This document shows positions 10,142-17,584 of a stretch of DNA of 64,000 nucleotides, in pieces; positions within the stretch are counted from its first letter, which is position 1, and each line of letters begins with the position of its first letter. This DNA comes from a virus, in IMG/VR virus record IMGVR_UViG_3300001041_000020, positions 7,709 to 71,708 of that record; one strand, written 5' to 3'. The notes below the pieces were generated by a model. That model saw only the letters and a list, made by a program, of their open reading frames with translations, was not told the origin of the DNA and searched no databases. The translations under genes and the position numbers were made by a program.

Positions 10142-10711
10142 ATGTTTATTATTGTAAACAAAAGTACGAATAAGATTGTTCAAACTATAGATATTAACTA
10201 TGGTATTGAGGTTAACGAGAATCAATTGCTACAGGAAGTCACCAACGATATTCTTGCGGAAAAAATTAGGACAGCCCATGATTACACGTTAATTTTTACC
10301 GATGGCATAGTTACGGATATCAATGTAATCCAAACCATAGCAGCATACCAAACTCCTTCCCTTGAACAGATCAAACAACAAAAAATCCTAGAACTAAACA
10401 CAGCTTGCAATCAAACAATATTAGGTGGGTTCCCATCATCTTGCACAGGTGTAGAGTATCAGTATAAGTTTGACATGGAGTACCAAGGAAACTTTGCGCA
10501 ACAAGGTGTAATGCTCAGCTTAGACCCGACAATTGAAACAGTTATGTGGCCTACGAGTGTAGGGGTAATACCACATACCCGCGAACAGTTTATTCAGCTT
10601 TGTAAAGATGCTCAGGGCTGGAAAGCAACTAATGTTTATAGGTATTTTGGGATGAAAGCTCAAGTTGAAGCGTGTACAGAGATCGCAGATGTCGAACAGT
10701 TTGCTTGGTGA
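10142..10711 (+). CDS. Tail fibre assembly-like protein (DUF4376-like)
   Basis: KILELNTACNQTILGGF; follows fibre. Confidence 0.7.
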   Translation: MFIIVNKSTNKIVQTIDINYGIEVNENQLLQEVTNDILAEKIRTAHDYTLIFTDGIVTDINVIQTIAAYQTPSLEQIKQQKILELNTACNQTILGGFPSSCTGVEYQYKFDMEYQGNFAQQGVMLSLDPTIETVMWPTSVGVIPHTREQFIQLCKDAQGWKATNVYRYFGMKAQVEACTEIADVEQFAW

Positions 10712-10716
10712 GGGTG

Positions 10717-10932
10717 ATGAAAAAGTACATTTGGAACCTGTTAATCTCCGTTGATCAACTCATCAACACAATTTTAGGCGGTTATCCAGATGAAACTATG
10801 AGTAGTCGAATGGGCAAGCGTGTGGCGAAAGGTGATAGTTGGTTGTGCCATTTTATCTGTAAATTACTGAACCTAATTGATAAGAATCATTGCATCGATG
10901 CAATCGAAAAGGATGAAGGATTACCAATGTAG
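10717..10932 (+). CDS. Small conserved phage protein
   Basis: NLLISVDQLINTILGGYPDETMSSR...DKNHC, recurrent after phage tail fibres. Confidence 0.7.
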   Translation: MKKYIWNLLISVDQLINTILGGYPDETMSSRMGKRVAKGDSWLCHFICKLLNLIDKNHCIDAIEKDEGLPM

Positions 10933-10985
10933 TTATGTCGCAGTAGACGCATTATGTATATTAACACGCAATTATGCGCATAAAT
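10931..10985 (+). repeat. dif-like site cluster A
   Basis: ATGTCGCAGTA-GACGCA-TTATGTATATT, then CACGCAA-TTATGCGCATAA. Confidence 0.7.
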
Positions 10986-11251
10986 ATGTACAAGTAACCC
11001 AAGCCCCACTATCTGGTATATAATCACCTTATTGGGGGTGGTTATGCTGGCGAGGAAAGCAGTAAACATCACCTTGGATCCGGATGTATATGAGGAGTTT
11101 TGCAAGTACGCTGGTAAAAAGGGAATTCGTGTATCGCCCTGGGTGAACGCCAAGATGGAGGAGTTTATCGAAGAGGAGCGGGAAGCGGAAGCTGAGAAAG
11201 CGGCAACCAAGAAGAAAAAGTAAGGGCACCCTACGGGGTGTCTTTGCTTTT
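10965..11251 (+). repeat. RHH module copy 1 (site, promoter, gene, hairpin)
   Basis: Diverged direct repeat of 12441-12727. Confidence 0.85.
11044..11223 (+). CDS. CopG/ribbon-helix-helix-like regulator, copy 1
   Basis: RKAVNITLDPDVYEEF...VSPWV; RBS GGGGGTGG. Confidence 0.7.
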   Translation: MLARKAVNITLDPDVYEEFCKYAGKKGIRVSPWVNAKMEEFIEEEREAEAEKAATKKKK

Positions 11252-11273
11252 TGAATTTGAAAGGATGAGAGTA

Positions 11274-11723
11274 TTGAAAAAGTATATTGGGTTTAAGATG
11301 ATTGAAGCGGAACCAATGACCGCATACGAAGCGGGTCAACATCTGGCGAGACCAATCGACATTTCTGATGCAGGGAAACAACGTGATGGCTATCTGGTTA
11401 AATATCCTGACGGTTATGTCAGCTGGTCACCTAAAGACGTATTCGAAAAGGCGTATATGCAAGTAGGGGACAACAACACCATTACCAATGACAATGTAGA
11501 TAATTTCATTATAAGGTATGAAGATTTTACTATTGGCGATAAAACAACGGTAGTTAGGGCTGTATTAGCTAATAACTTTGTAGTTGTCGATTCCTCAAGT
11601 TGCGTCGATCCTAAGAATTTTAATCAAGAAATTGGGACTAGTATATGCAAGGATAGGATCAAAGGTAAGGTTTGGGAGTTACTTGGCTTTTTGCTCCAAA
11701 CAGCTAAAGAAGGAATACGATAG
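11274..11723 (+). CDS. Phage Gp49/DUF2829-related protein
   Basis: KKYIGFKMIEAEPM, GYLVKYPDGYVSWSPKDVFEKAY, SSCVDPKNF..EIG, WELLGF. Confidence 0.75.
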   Translation: MKKYIGFKMIEAEPMTAYEAGQHLARPIDISDAGKQRDGYLVKYPDGYVSWSPKDVFEKAYMQVGDNNTITNDNVDNFIIRYEDFTIGDKTTVVRAVLANNFVVVDSSSCVDPKNFNQEIGTSICKDRIKGKVWELLGFLLQTAKEGIR

Positions 11724-11731
11724 AATATTTG

Positions 11732-11838
11732 CTGCGCATCATCAAATGATACTCCTCGAAAAAGCGCTGAAACCCTTGGTATCATAGGTTTGTAGATATA
11801 TTTGGTTGTTGACTCATTATGCGCAGTTATGCGCATAA
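11732..11838 (+). repeat. X repeat copy 1 with dif-like arms
   Basis: About 85 bp direct repeat of 13296-13392 containing AAACCCTTGGTATCA; ends TTATGCGCAG-TTATGCGCATAA. Confidence 0.8.
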
Positions 11839-11967
11839 AGAAGCGCGTGCAACTAAAGCCACGGGACCCATTATCTTCAGAATTATTTCATTTACAGATG
11901 AAGGATATTCTTATATTTTATAGAAGTTTATCTGTAAAAGTTTTTAGGTGAGAAGAGGGTGCTTTAG

Positions 11968-12432
11968 ATGGCAATAAATTACGCGATTAAGAAAGAAACT
12001 CCTGAGAATATTAATGATTTAGTTAAGATGGCCGGTATTAAAATTAGTTGGAGAAAAAGGATTGAAGCAGTAAATGAATTAAAAAAATGGGATTGCCAAA
12101 AATCACGAGATGTATTAACAAGATTAGCACTACACGACAGGGTTTATAAAGTTATGGAAGAAGCTTTTAGGGCAGCACAGGCATTGGGTATAACTAAAAA
12201 TGGTAAACCAATATATTTAGGGAAAAAAGATATTGGTTATAAATCCAGTGATTTTAAGAAGGTTTTTTCACGAATTAAGAGAGAATCTAAATTAGAAGAT
12301 CTAGATTTACAAATCTTCAAAGACAAGTTTATTCAAGTTGATCCTGAAATGTATGATGTAATGTCGTATGAAAAAGGAGATAAGCTTGATACTTGGATAG
12401 GAAATATGTATGATTCATTGCCTAAAAAATAA
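11968..12432 (+). CDS. HEAT-repeat-like protein (cassette cargo)
   Basis: SWRKRIEAVNEL...LALHDRVYKVMEEAFRA; AT-rich; own sigH-like promoter AGGA 11902 / GAAG 11923. Confidence 0.65.
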   Translation: MAINYAIKKETPENINDLVKMAGIKISWRKRIEAVNELKKWDCQKSRDVLTRLALHDRVYKVMEEAFRAAQALGITKNGKPIYLGKKDIGYKSSDFKKVFSRIKRESKLEDLDLQIFKDKFIQVDPEMYDVMSYEKGDKLDTWIGNMYDSLPKK

Positions 12433-12440
12433 GGTAATTA

Positions 12441-12727
12441 CACTCAATTATGCTCATAAATATTTGTAAGCAACTCAAGCCCCACTATTTGGTATATAAT
12501 CACCTTATTGGGGGTGGTTATGCTGACTAGGAAATCTCTAAACATTACTATCGAACCAGGCATCTATGAGGAATTTTGTGATTATGCGGGCAAGAAGGGA
12601 ATCAGAGTTTCGCCTTGGGTGAATGCGAAGATGAAGGAGTTTATCGAGGAGGAAAGGCAAGCGGAGGCCGAGAAGGCAGCTAACAAAAAGAAAAAGTAAA
12701 GGCACCCCGTAGGGTGTCCTTGCTTTT
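12441..12727 (+). repeat. RHH module copy 2
   Basis: Diverged direct repeat of 10965-11251. Confidence 0.85.
12520..12699 (+). CDS. CopG/RHH-like regulator, copy 2
   Basis: Close paralogue of 11044-11223. Confidence 0.7.
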   Translation: MLTRKSLNITIEPGIYEEFCDYAGKKGIRVSPWVNAKMKEFIEEERQAEAEKAANKKKK

Positions 12728-12765
12728 GGGATTGCCAAATACTCTTTTCGTGCCTTTATGGGTTA

Positions 12766-12933
12766 TCAGTCATTTCTTTCTGGCGGTACAAAATCTATTA
12801 ATTTTTTAGCTTCTTCCACCGTTTCAACCAGCTTTGACCTCTTTGTGCCAAAGTCAACACGATAACCACTTTCTTCCTCATATTGCAAGATCGGATAACC
12901 TTTATAATTTTCGATGTCTTTACGATTCAGCAT
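12766..12933 (-). CDS. Small hypothetical protein
   Basis: RBS GGCGGTG before ATG 12933; TTGACA promoter upstream. Confidence 0.55.
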   Translation of the reverse strand: MLNRKDIENYKGYPILQYEEESGYRVDFGTKRSKLVETVEEAKKLIDFVPPERND

Positions 12934-13059
12934 AATGTTCACCGCCATTTTTTACTTATATTATTAGCGTTAACGCTAATAATTGTCAAGAAAAAGTACG
13001 GGCACCCTACGGGGTGTCTTTGCTTTATGTTTCGAAATCAGAAAGGACGGTTTATCAAA

Positions 13060-13290
13060 ATGGAATTGGAAAAAATGAGCGAGTTAGAGTTTGTTGTCAA
13101 GACAGCAATTAAAACCAAGCAGAGTCTAGGGCTACTTATTGAAATGCCTGGTTTTGAAATGCCTGAGATGATTGTCAATCCTGTTGAAAACTTAGAGAAG
13201 AAACTCGAATATTACAAGAATACTTATGATGAAGATTTGGAGCACAAGCGCGCAAAAGGCATCAGAATTATAGGGTATACTTTTTGCTAA
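13060..13290 (+). CDS. Small phage hypothetical protein (cassette cargo)
   Basis: RBS GAAAGGA; IEMPGFEMPEMIVNP..N...KLEYYKNTYDEDL. Confidence 0.7.
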   Translation: MELEKMSELEFVVKTAIKTKQSLGLLIEMPGFEMPEMIVNPVENLEKKLEYYKNTYDEDLEHKRAKGIRIIGYTFC

Positions 13291-13291
13291 A

Positions 13292-13392
13292 AGTTATGTC
13301 GCATAATCAAATACTAACCCTCGAAAATGCTCTTAAACCCTTGGTATCACTGGTTTGTAGATATATCCGGTTGTAGACGCATTATGTCTAGC
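13292..13392 (+). repeat. X repeat copy 2 with dif-like arms, next to recombinase 3' end
   Basis: TTATGTCGCATAA ... GTAGACGCATTATGT (15 bp identical to 10943-10957). Confidence 0.8.
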
Positions 13393-13397
13393 AACGA

Positions 13398-13430
13398 AGG
13401 CAAAAAAATAACGCCTTTCGAGGCGTTTTA
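13398..13430. terminator. Bidirectional hairpin terminator
   Basis: A-run, AACGCCT-TTCG-AGGCGTT, T-run. Confidence 0.7.
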
Positions 13431-14435
13431 TTGGACAAAATACTGATCATATGACTGCTTTTTCTTTTCGTCAGTAAGGCTTACGTAGGTCATTGTTGTG
13501 TTAGGATCGGAGTGCCCGAGTAGCTTCTGCACAGCTACCAGTCCGGCACCATTTTGCAGCATTAGAGTTGCAAAGGTATGACGGAATACATGCGTATGCA
13601 CGTTTTTCTTAACCTCAGACCGTGCAGCAATAATCTTAATCTCTCGCTGGATGCCTTTATTCGAGAGCCTCCGAAATGGTTGTCGCTGGGTGATGAATAA
13701 CGCATCGACATTATCAGTTCTCCGCATGAGATATTTCTTAAGGTGGTACATGGCCTTAAAACCAAAGTAGACTGTTCGCTCCTTGTTACCCTTCCCGACG
13801 ACCAGTACGGACATCGCCTGATAGTCTATATCCTGACGGTTAAGCTGTTGTACTTCGGATAATCGGGCTCCGGTGGCATAATAGACTTCGATCATGGCAC
13901 GTTCTCTCGGGGTTACGCATGCTTCTCTGATCATCTCTAACTCTTCAATGGTGAGTGATTTTGGGTTACGCCGTTCCTTCCGCGGGGGCTTAATTCGGCG
14001 GGTTGGATCCTTTGGAATTATTTCTTCGTTCGCAAGCCAACCGAACATACTCTTGAGGACTGATAGGCGCTTGGAGATTGAAGATGTTTTGAGATGTTCG
14101 AACTCGCCCAGGTAAATCCTAATATCTGACGTGGTGACTTCATCCGTGGCCTTGTGGACGTGCTCGCTAAAGATCCGGAGTTCAAGGGTGTAACAGTCTA
14201 AGGTTATCTGGCTCAGACCTTCGAGTCTTTTACCAGCCAAGAACAGTTTGATTTTCTGCTGTAGGTCAGGATGACCATGCGGGATCAGCGCAGGTTTGAT
14301 ATCGTACTGGGACAGGATACCGGTTATGGTCTGTTGAAGTTTCTGTTTGTCCTCTTTGGGGCAAGATAAGGTAACAGCGCACATTATCTGTTCGAGTAGG
14401 ATCTCGGCAGTCGAGCTAAGTATTTGTTGAGACAT
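13428..14435 (-). CDS. XerC/XerD-family tyrosine recombinase
   Basis: SAM-like N-domain; TGARLSE, GKGNKER, HVFRHTFAT, LGH...Y catalytic set intact; no arm-binding domain. Confidence 0.92.
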   Translation of the reverse strand: MSQQILSSTAEILLEQIMCAVTLSCPKEDKQKLQQTITGILSQYDIKPALIPHGHPDLQQKIKLFLAGKRLEGLSQITLDCYTLELRIFSEHVHKATDEVTTSDIRIYLGEFEHLKTSSISKRLSVLKSMFGWLANEEIIPKDPTRRIKPPRKERRNPKSLTIEELEMIREACVTPRERAMIEVYYATGARLSEVQQLNRQDIDYQAMSVLVVGKGNKERTVYFGFKAMYHLKKYLMRRTDNVDALFITQRQPFRRLSNKGIQREIKIIAARSEVKKNVHTHVFRHTFATLMLQNGAGLVAVQKLLGHSDPNTTMTYVSLTDEKKKQSYDQYFVQ

Positions 14436-14442
14436 CTCTTTT

Positions 14443-14553
14443 CGCTCCTCTTTATTTTGGCCGGAGCGCCATGGTATAATCGAAATGTAAGACGCTCCGG
14501 TGTCTTTCTGTAAGCACTCGTCTAGGCCGGCAAGCTAAGGACGGGTGCTTTCT
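14443..14553. promoter_or_regulatory. Structured recombinase leader with antisense promoter
   Basis: CCGGAGCG/CGCTCCGG inverted repeat, + strand TGGTATAAT, hairpin 14512-14550. Confidence 0.5.
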
Positions 14554-14789
14554 ATTGCGTTGGCTAGCATCATTACTTCGTGGCTTCCAATCCATGTAGT
14601 TGCCACACGGTTTCTACTTAGGTCAAATATCCCGAATATGGTACCGTCTTGGACTATGCACCGTGCCTTTTCTTTGTTCTGATCAGATGTGCATCGAATA
14701 ATCGCAAGCGGTACCGCACACTCTTCCATAGATGTAACCACTTTTCTGAGTTTTTCGGGCAGATCCTCAAACGCGCACTCTTTTTTCAC
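14535..14789 (-). CDS. Hypothetical protein
   Basis: RBS GGAGGG; co-oriented with recombinase. Confidence 0.55.
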   Translation of the reverse strand: MKKECAFEDLPEKLRKVVTSMEECAVPLAIIRCTSDQNKEKARCIVQDGTIFGIFDLSRNRVATTWIGSHEVMMLANAIESTRP

Positions 14790-14792
14790 TGT

Positions 14793-14942
14793 TCATCCCT
14801 CCTTCACTTCGTGGGCCCTATGAGTGAACAACCATTTTCCAAGTGGTTTTGAGTAGTAGTATTCTTTGCCGCATTTACTGCAGGTGATATTATGACCCTT
14901 TTGGGCCTTTGTAGTAATGCCACAGCAAGTTAATCGTTTCAA
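14793..14942 (-). CDS. Small Zn-ribbon protein
   Basis: TTG start after GGAGGG; CCG...CSKC. Confidence 0.5.
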   Translation of the reverse strand: MKRLTCCGITTKAQKGHNITCSKCGKEYYYSKPLGKWLFTHRAHEVKEG

Positions 14943-14991
14943 GCTAATCCCTCCTTCACGCCGGTATTGGCCCCGGCTTGGCCTTGCGGGT

Positions 14992-15135
14992 TTATTTGGT
15001 GTAAGATTCAAGGATCGAATTAATATCCTGGTCGAGTTCGATTGGATCCACCGTACACATGTAAGTGTTTGCTATACGTTCGAATGCCTCAATTTTTTGA
15101 CCATCGCTCAATAAGAGAAGATCGGATAATGTCAT
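14992..15135 (-). CDS. 47-aa hypothetical protein (not in ORF track)
   Basis: MTLSDLLLLSDGQKIEAFERIANTYMC...; RBS GGAGGGG. Confidence 0.55.
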   Translation of the reverse strand: MTLSDLLLLSDGQKIEAFERIANTYMCTVDPIELDQDINSILESYTK

Positions 15136-15199
15136 TTTTCGTTTTCCCCTCCGTCTTAATCCTTAACTTCTTGGCGTTTATAATCAACTTCTTATCTAT

Positions 15200-15274
15200 A
15201 ATATACATGAAATTTACCAAGAAGTCAACTAAAACAATTAACTTATTGACGTTTTTTATTAACTTTGCTATTAT
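15200..15274. promoter_or_regulatory. Divergent sigA promoters
   Basis: Minus: TTGACT-17-TATATT; plus: TTGACG-17-TATTAT. Confidence 0.7.
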
Positions 15275-15296
15275 TGATTTCAGGAGAGTGATAGCG

Positions 15297-15509
15297 TTGA
15301 TTATAAATAAATTGAGTGAAGTTATGGGTAGAAAACGTTTGAAGATATCGGATGTACTAGGGGGAACAGGGCTTGCTCGGAATACTGTTGCGGAGCTATA
15401 TCATGGTCGAGTAAAAAGGGTTGATCTAGAAACTTTAGATAAGCTCTGTAACTACTTAGACGTAGAGCTTAGTGAACTATTGGAGCATAAAAAAGACGTC
15501 GGGGATTAA
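15297..15509 (+). CDS. Cro/C1-type HTH regulator (YozG-like)
   Basis: TGLARNTVAELY...VDLETLDKLCNYLDV. Confidence 0.85.
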   Translation: MIINKLSEVMGRKRLKISDVLGGTGLARNTVAELYHGRVKRVDLETLDKLCNYLDVELSELLEHKKDVGD

Positions 15510-15605
15510 CCTCGGCGTTTGGTGTATTTAAGGTTTCTCCTAACCGTCAATCGACGGTTATTTTTATGGGTAGCAACGATAAGAGGTGAAAAGGACGGTG
15601 TGCTA

Positions 15606-15869
15606 ATGACAGAGCAACAAGGGTTAATGTCGGATATTCGGGAGCGTTTAGCAAGGCTCGAAACAAAAATTGACAACCTAAACGACCTAAGTAAAAAAGT
15701 AGATGACATGTCCACTAAAGTGGCAGAGGCTGAAGCCCGTTCGAAATCTAATACTCACCGCCTCGACAAACTGGAAGAAGCAAATACTTGGCTCTGGCGT
15801 AAAATCGTCGGGGCCATTATTGCTGCCGGAATCAGCGGCGGCATTGGGGCGTTGGCTATTTTTAGGTAG
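15606..15869 (+). CDS. XhlA-like holin accessory protein
   Basis: RLARLETKID coiled coil, RLDKLE, WLWR plus C-terminal TM; precedes endolysin. Confidence 0.8.
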   Translation: MTEQQGLMSDIRERLARLETKIDNLNDLSKKVDDMSTKVAEAEARSKSNTHRLDKLEEANTWLWRKIVGAIIAAGISGGIGALAIFR

Positions 15870-15885
15870 GGGAGAGTGATACTAA

Positions 15886-16695
15886 ATGAAAGCAGTCATA
15901 AACTACGGCCACGGTCCCAAAAACGTTGGCTATGATCCGGGAGCCATCGGCCCTACAGGATACAAAGAAGCTACGCAAAACAAGGAAGTTGGCGAGTTGG
16001 TCGTTGCGAAACTCAAGGCCAACAGCTGGGAAATCCTAGCGATCCAAGACGGAGACCTGAACGATGTTACCGACCAATCTAACAACTACAAACCTAATGC
16101 CTTCCTCTCGATCCACGCCAACTCCTTCGCCGATCCGAGCGCTCATGGGGTTGAAACCATAGCTCTGGGACCTGGCGGAATGGGGGAAAAAATAGCCCGG
16201 GAGATCCAAAAAGAGCTGGTAGCGGCCACTGGGCTCACAGATCGAGGTGTTAAGTTTTCCAACCTGCACGTACTCAGGGAGACAAAAGGTTATCCTGCCG
16301 CGTTGGTGGAGATTGGATTTATCTCGAATCCTGCAGAGGAAGCGTTGATGAAACGGGATAGCTGGGATGAGCTCGTAGCATTGGCGATCTGCAGGGGATT
16401 TAGCCGGGGGTTGGGAGTGCCTTATGTAGAGTGGAAGGAGGCGATAGACGTGTTGGAGGTAGCAGTCTTACTCAATACAAAGGAAGACTATTGGGCCGGG
16501 GCCGACGTGGCCGCCAAGAATGGTAACTGCGCGATGTTTGTTCGTGGGACTGATCGGTCGGTGCCGAAGGATGCGATGAGCGCGAAGAGGTTGATTGTAG
16601 TTGGTGGGCCGACGACTGGGCACCCAGGGGAAGTGCTGATGAGTGGGAAAACGAAGTTCGATACAGCTGCAGCGGTTGGGAAGTATTTAGGATAG
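15886..16695 (+). CDS. Endolysin, N-acetylmuramoyl-L-alanine amidase (Amidase_3) with CWB2-like C-terminus
   Basis: GHG..DPGA, SIHAN, LVEIGFISN. Confidence 0.92.
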   Translation: MKAVINYGHGPKNVGYDPGAIGPTGYKEATQNKEVGELVVAKLKANSWEILAIQDGDLNDVTDQSNNYKPNAFLSIHANSFADPSAHGVETIALGPGGMGEKIAREIQKELVAATGLTDRGVKFSNLHVLRETKGYPAALVEIGFISNPAEEALMKRDSWDELVALAICRGFSRGLGVPYVEWKEAIDVLEVAVLLNTKEDYWAGADVAAKNGNCAMFVRGTDRSVPKDAMSAKRLIVVGGPTTGHPGEVLMSGKTKFDTAAAVGKYLG

Positions 16696-16909
16696 TGCCC
16701 CTACTTGATGATTTATGGGTAAAATGCAAAGATAATTGATACCCCACAACTCAAGTACCACAAAGGATAAGGAGTCTATCTAGTTTATTTAGCCTATTAA
16801 ATCAAGTCAATACATTTCGGAATAGTATACCGTCTGTATACCAGTCTACTAACGGTATACTTACTACCTAAATTGGCAAGCGCTTGCCAAAATGAGAAAG
16901 GGGAAAAGC

Positions 16910-17041
16910 GTGAGTATTATACTTATCCTACTAATAATCGTGGCGTGCTTACTAATTTTAGGTGCATCAAGTCAACCGCACATGCGGAGTCCGGAACACC
17001 CTAAAATTAGGCGCCCTATGGAAGGAAAAGCAGGCAAATGA
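16910..17041 (+). CDS. 43-aa membrane peptide
   Basis: GTG after GAAAGGGG; MSIILILLIIVACLLILG. Confidence 0.45.
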   Translation: MSIILILLIIVACLLILGASSQPHMRSPEHPKIRRPMEGKAGK

Positions 17042-17084
17042 CCTGCTTTTAATTTTTGCTCAAAATGAAAGGGAGGTAATCAAA

Positions 17085-17270
17085 ATGTCTTACAGCTTAA
17101 ATTCGCCATGCTACGCGTGTTCCAAGAAAGAAACTTGCAAAGATGAATCAAAAATCAAAGACGCAATTGCCAAAATTCACGAAACTACTTTTGAAGATGG
17201 GCACCAGGGCTCAGGGCAAATTGTATTAGCATGCGTTACTCAAAACAGACCATTATGGGTTCCAAAATAA
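17085..17270 (+). CDS. Small Cys-rich protein
   Basis: RBS GGGAGG; CYAC...C motif. Confidence 0.55.
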   Translation: MSYSLNSPCYACSKKETCKDESKIKDAIAKIHETTFEDGHQGSGQIVLACVTQNRPLWVPK

Positions 17271-17309
17271 AATTGGCAAGTGCTTGCCAGAATGAAAGGA
17301 ATGATCTCT

Positions 17310-17510
17310 ATGGAAAAGAAATGGTGGGAATCTAAGACTGTAGTAGGTGGCCTCATAGCAGTGGGTGCGGCTGTAGCTGGCGCGTTTGGTATCGCTATTG
17401 ATACAGATACACAGGATCAGATAGCCGAGTGCGTTGTGGTGGCCGCTACGGCTATAGGTGGATTGTTGGCGATCTATGGTAGAGTGAAAGCGGAAAGTAA
17501 GATTAAATAA
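17310..17510 (+). CDS. Holin
   Basis: KKWWESKTV plus two TMs ending YGRVKA. Confidence 0.75.
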   Translation: MEKKWWESKTVVGGLIAVGAAVAGAFGIAIDTDTQDQIAECVVVAATAIGGLLAIYGRVKAESKIK

Positions 17511-17520
17511 GGACATAGCG

Positions 17521-17558
17521 AAAGCCCTCTCGCCTTAATTGGTGGGAGGGCTTTTTTG
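17521..17558 (+). terminator. Rho-independent terminator ending late operon
   Basis: AAAGCCCTCTCGCC...GGTGGGAGGGCTTTTTT. Confidence 0.85.
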
Positions 17559-17584
17559 CGTTTAAACTTATTGCTACACTCTTT

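Noticed and set aside
10931-13392. CRISPR array
   Set aside because: Repeats are degenerate, irregularly spaced and separated by whole genes; no cas genes.
13428-14435. Host xerD/ripX or the prophage integrase
   Set aside because: It lies inside phage late genes, and a separate arm-domain integrase sits beside attP.
9146-15509. Diversity-generating retroelement or invertible tail-fibre shufflon
   Set aside because: No reverse transcriptase or template repeat, and no inverted silent fibre 3' ends are visible.
16823-16861. 12-bp match AGTATACCGTTA with attP 31637-31648
   Set aside because: A single short match that could be chance; no supporting arm sites.
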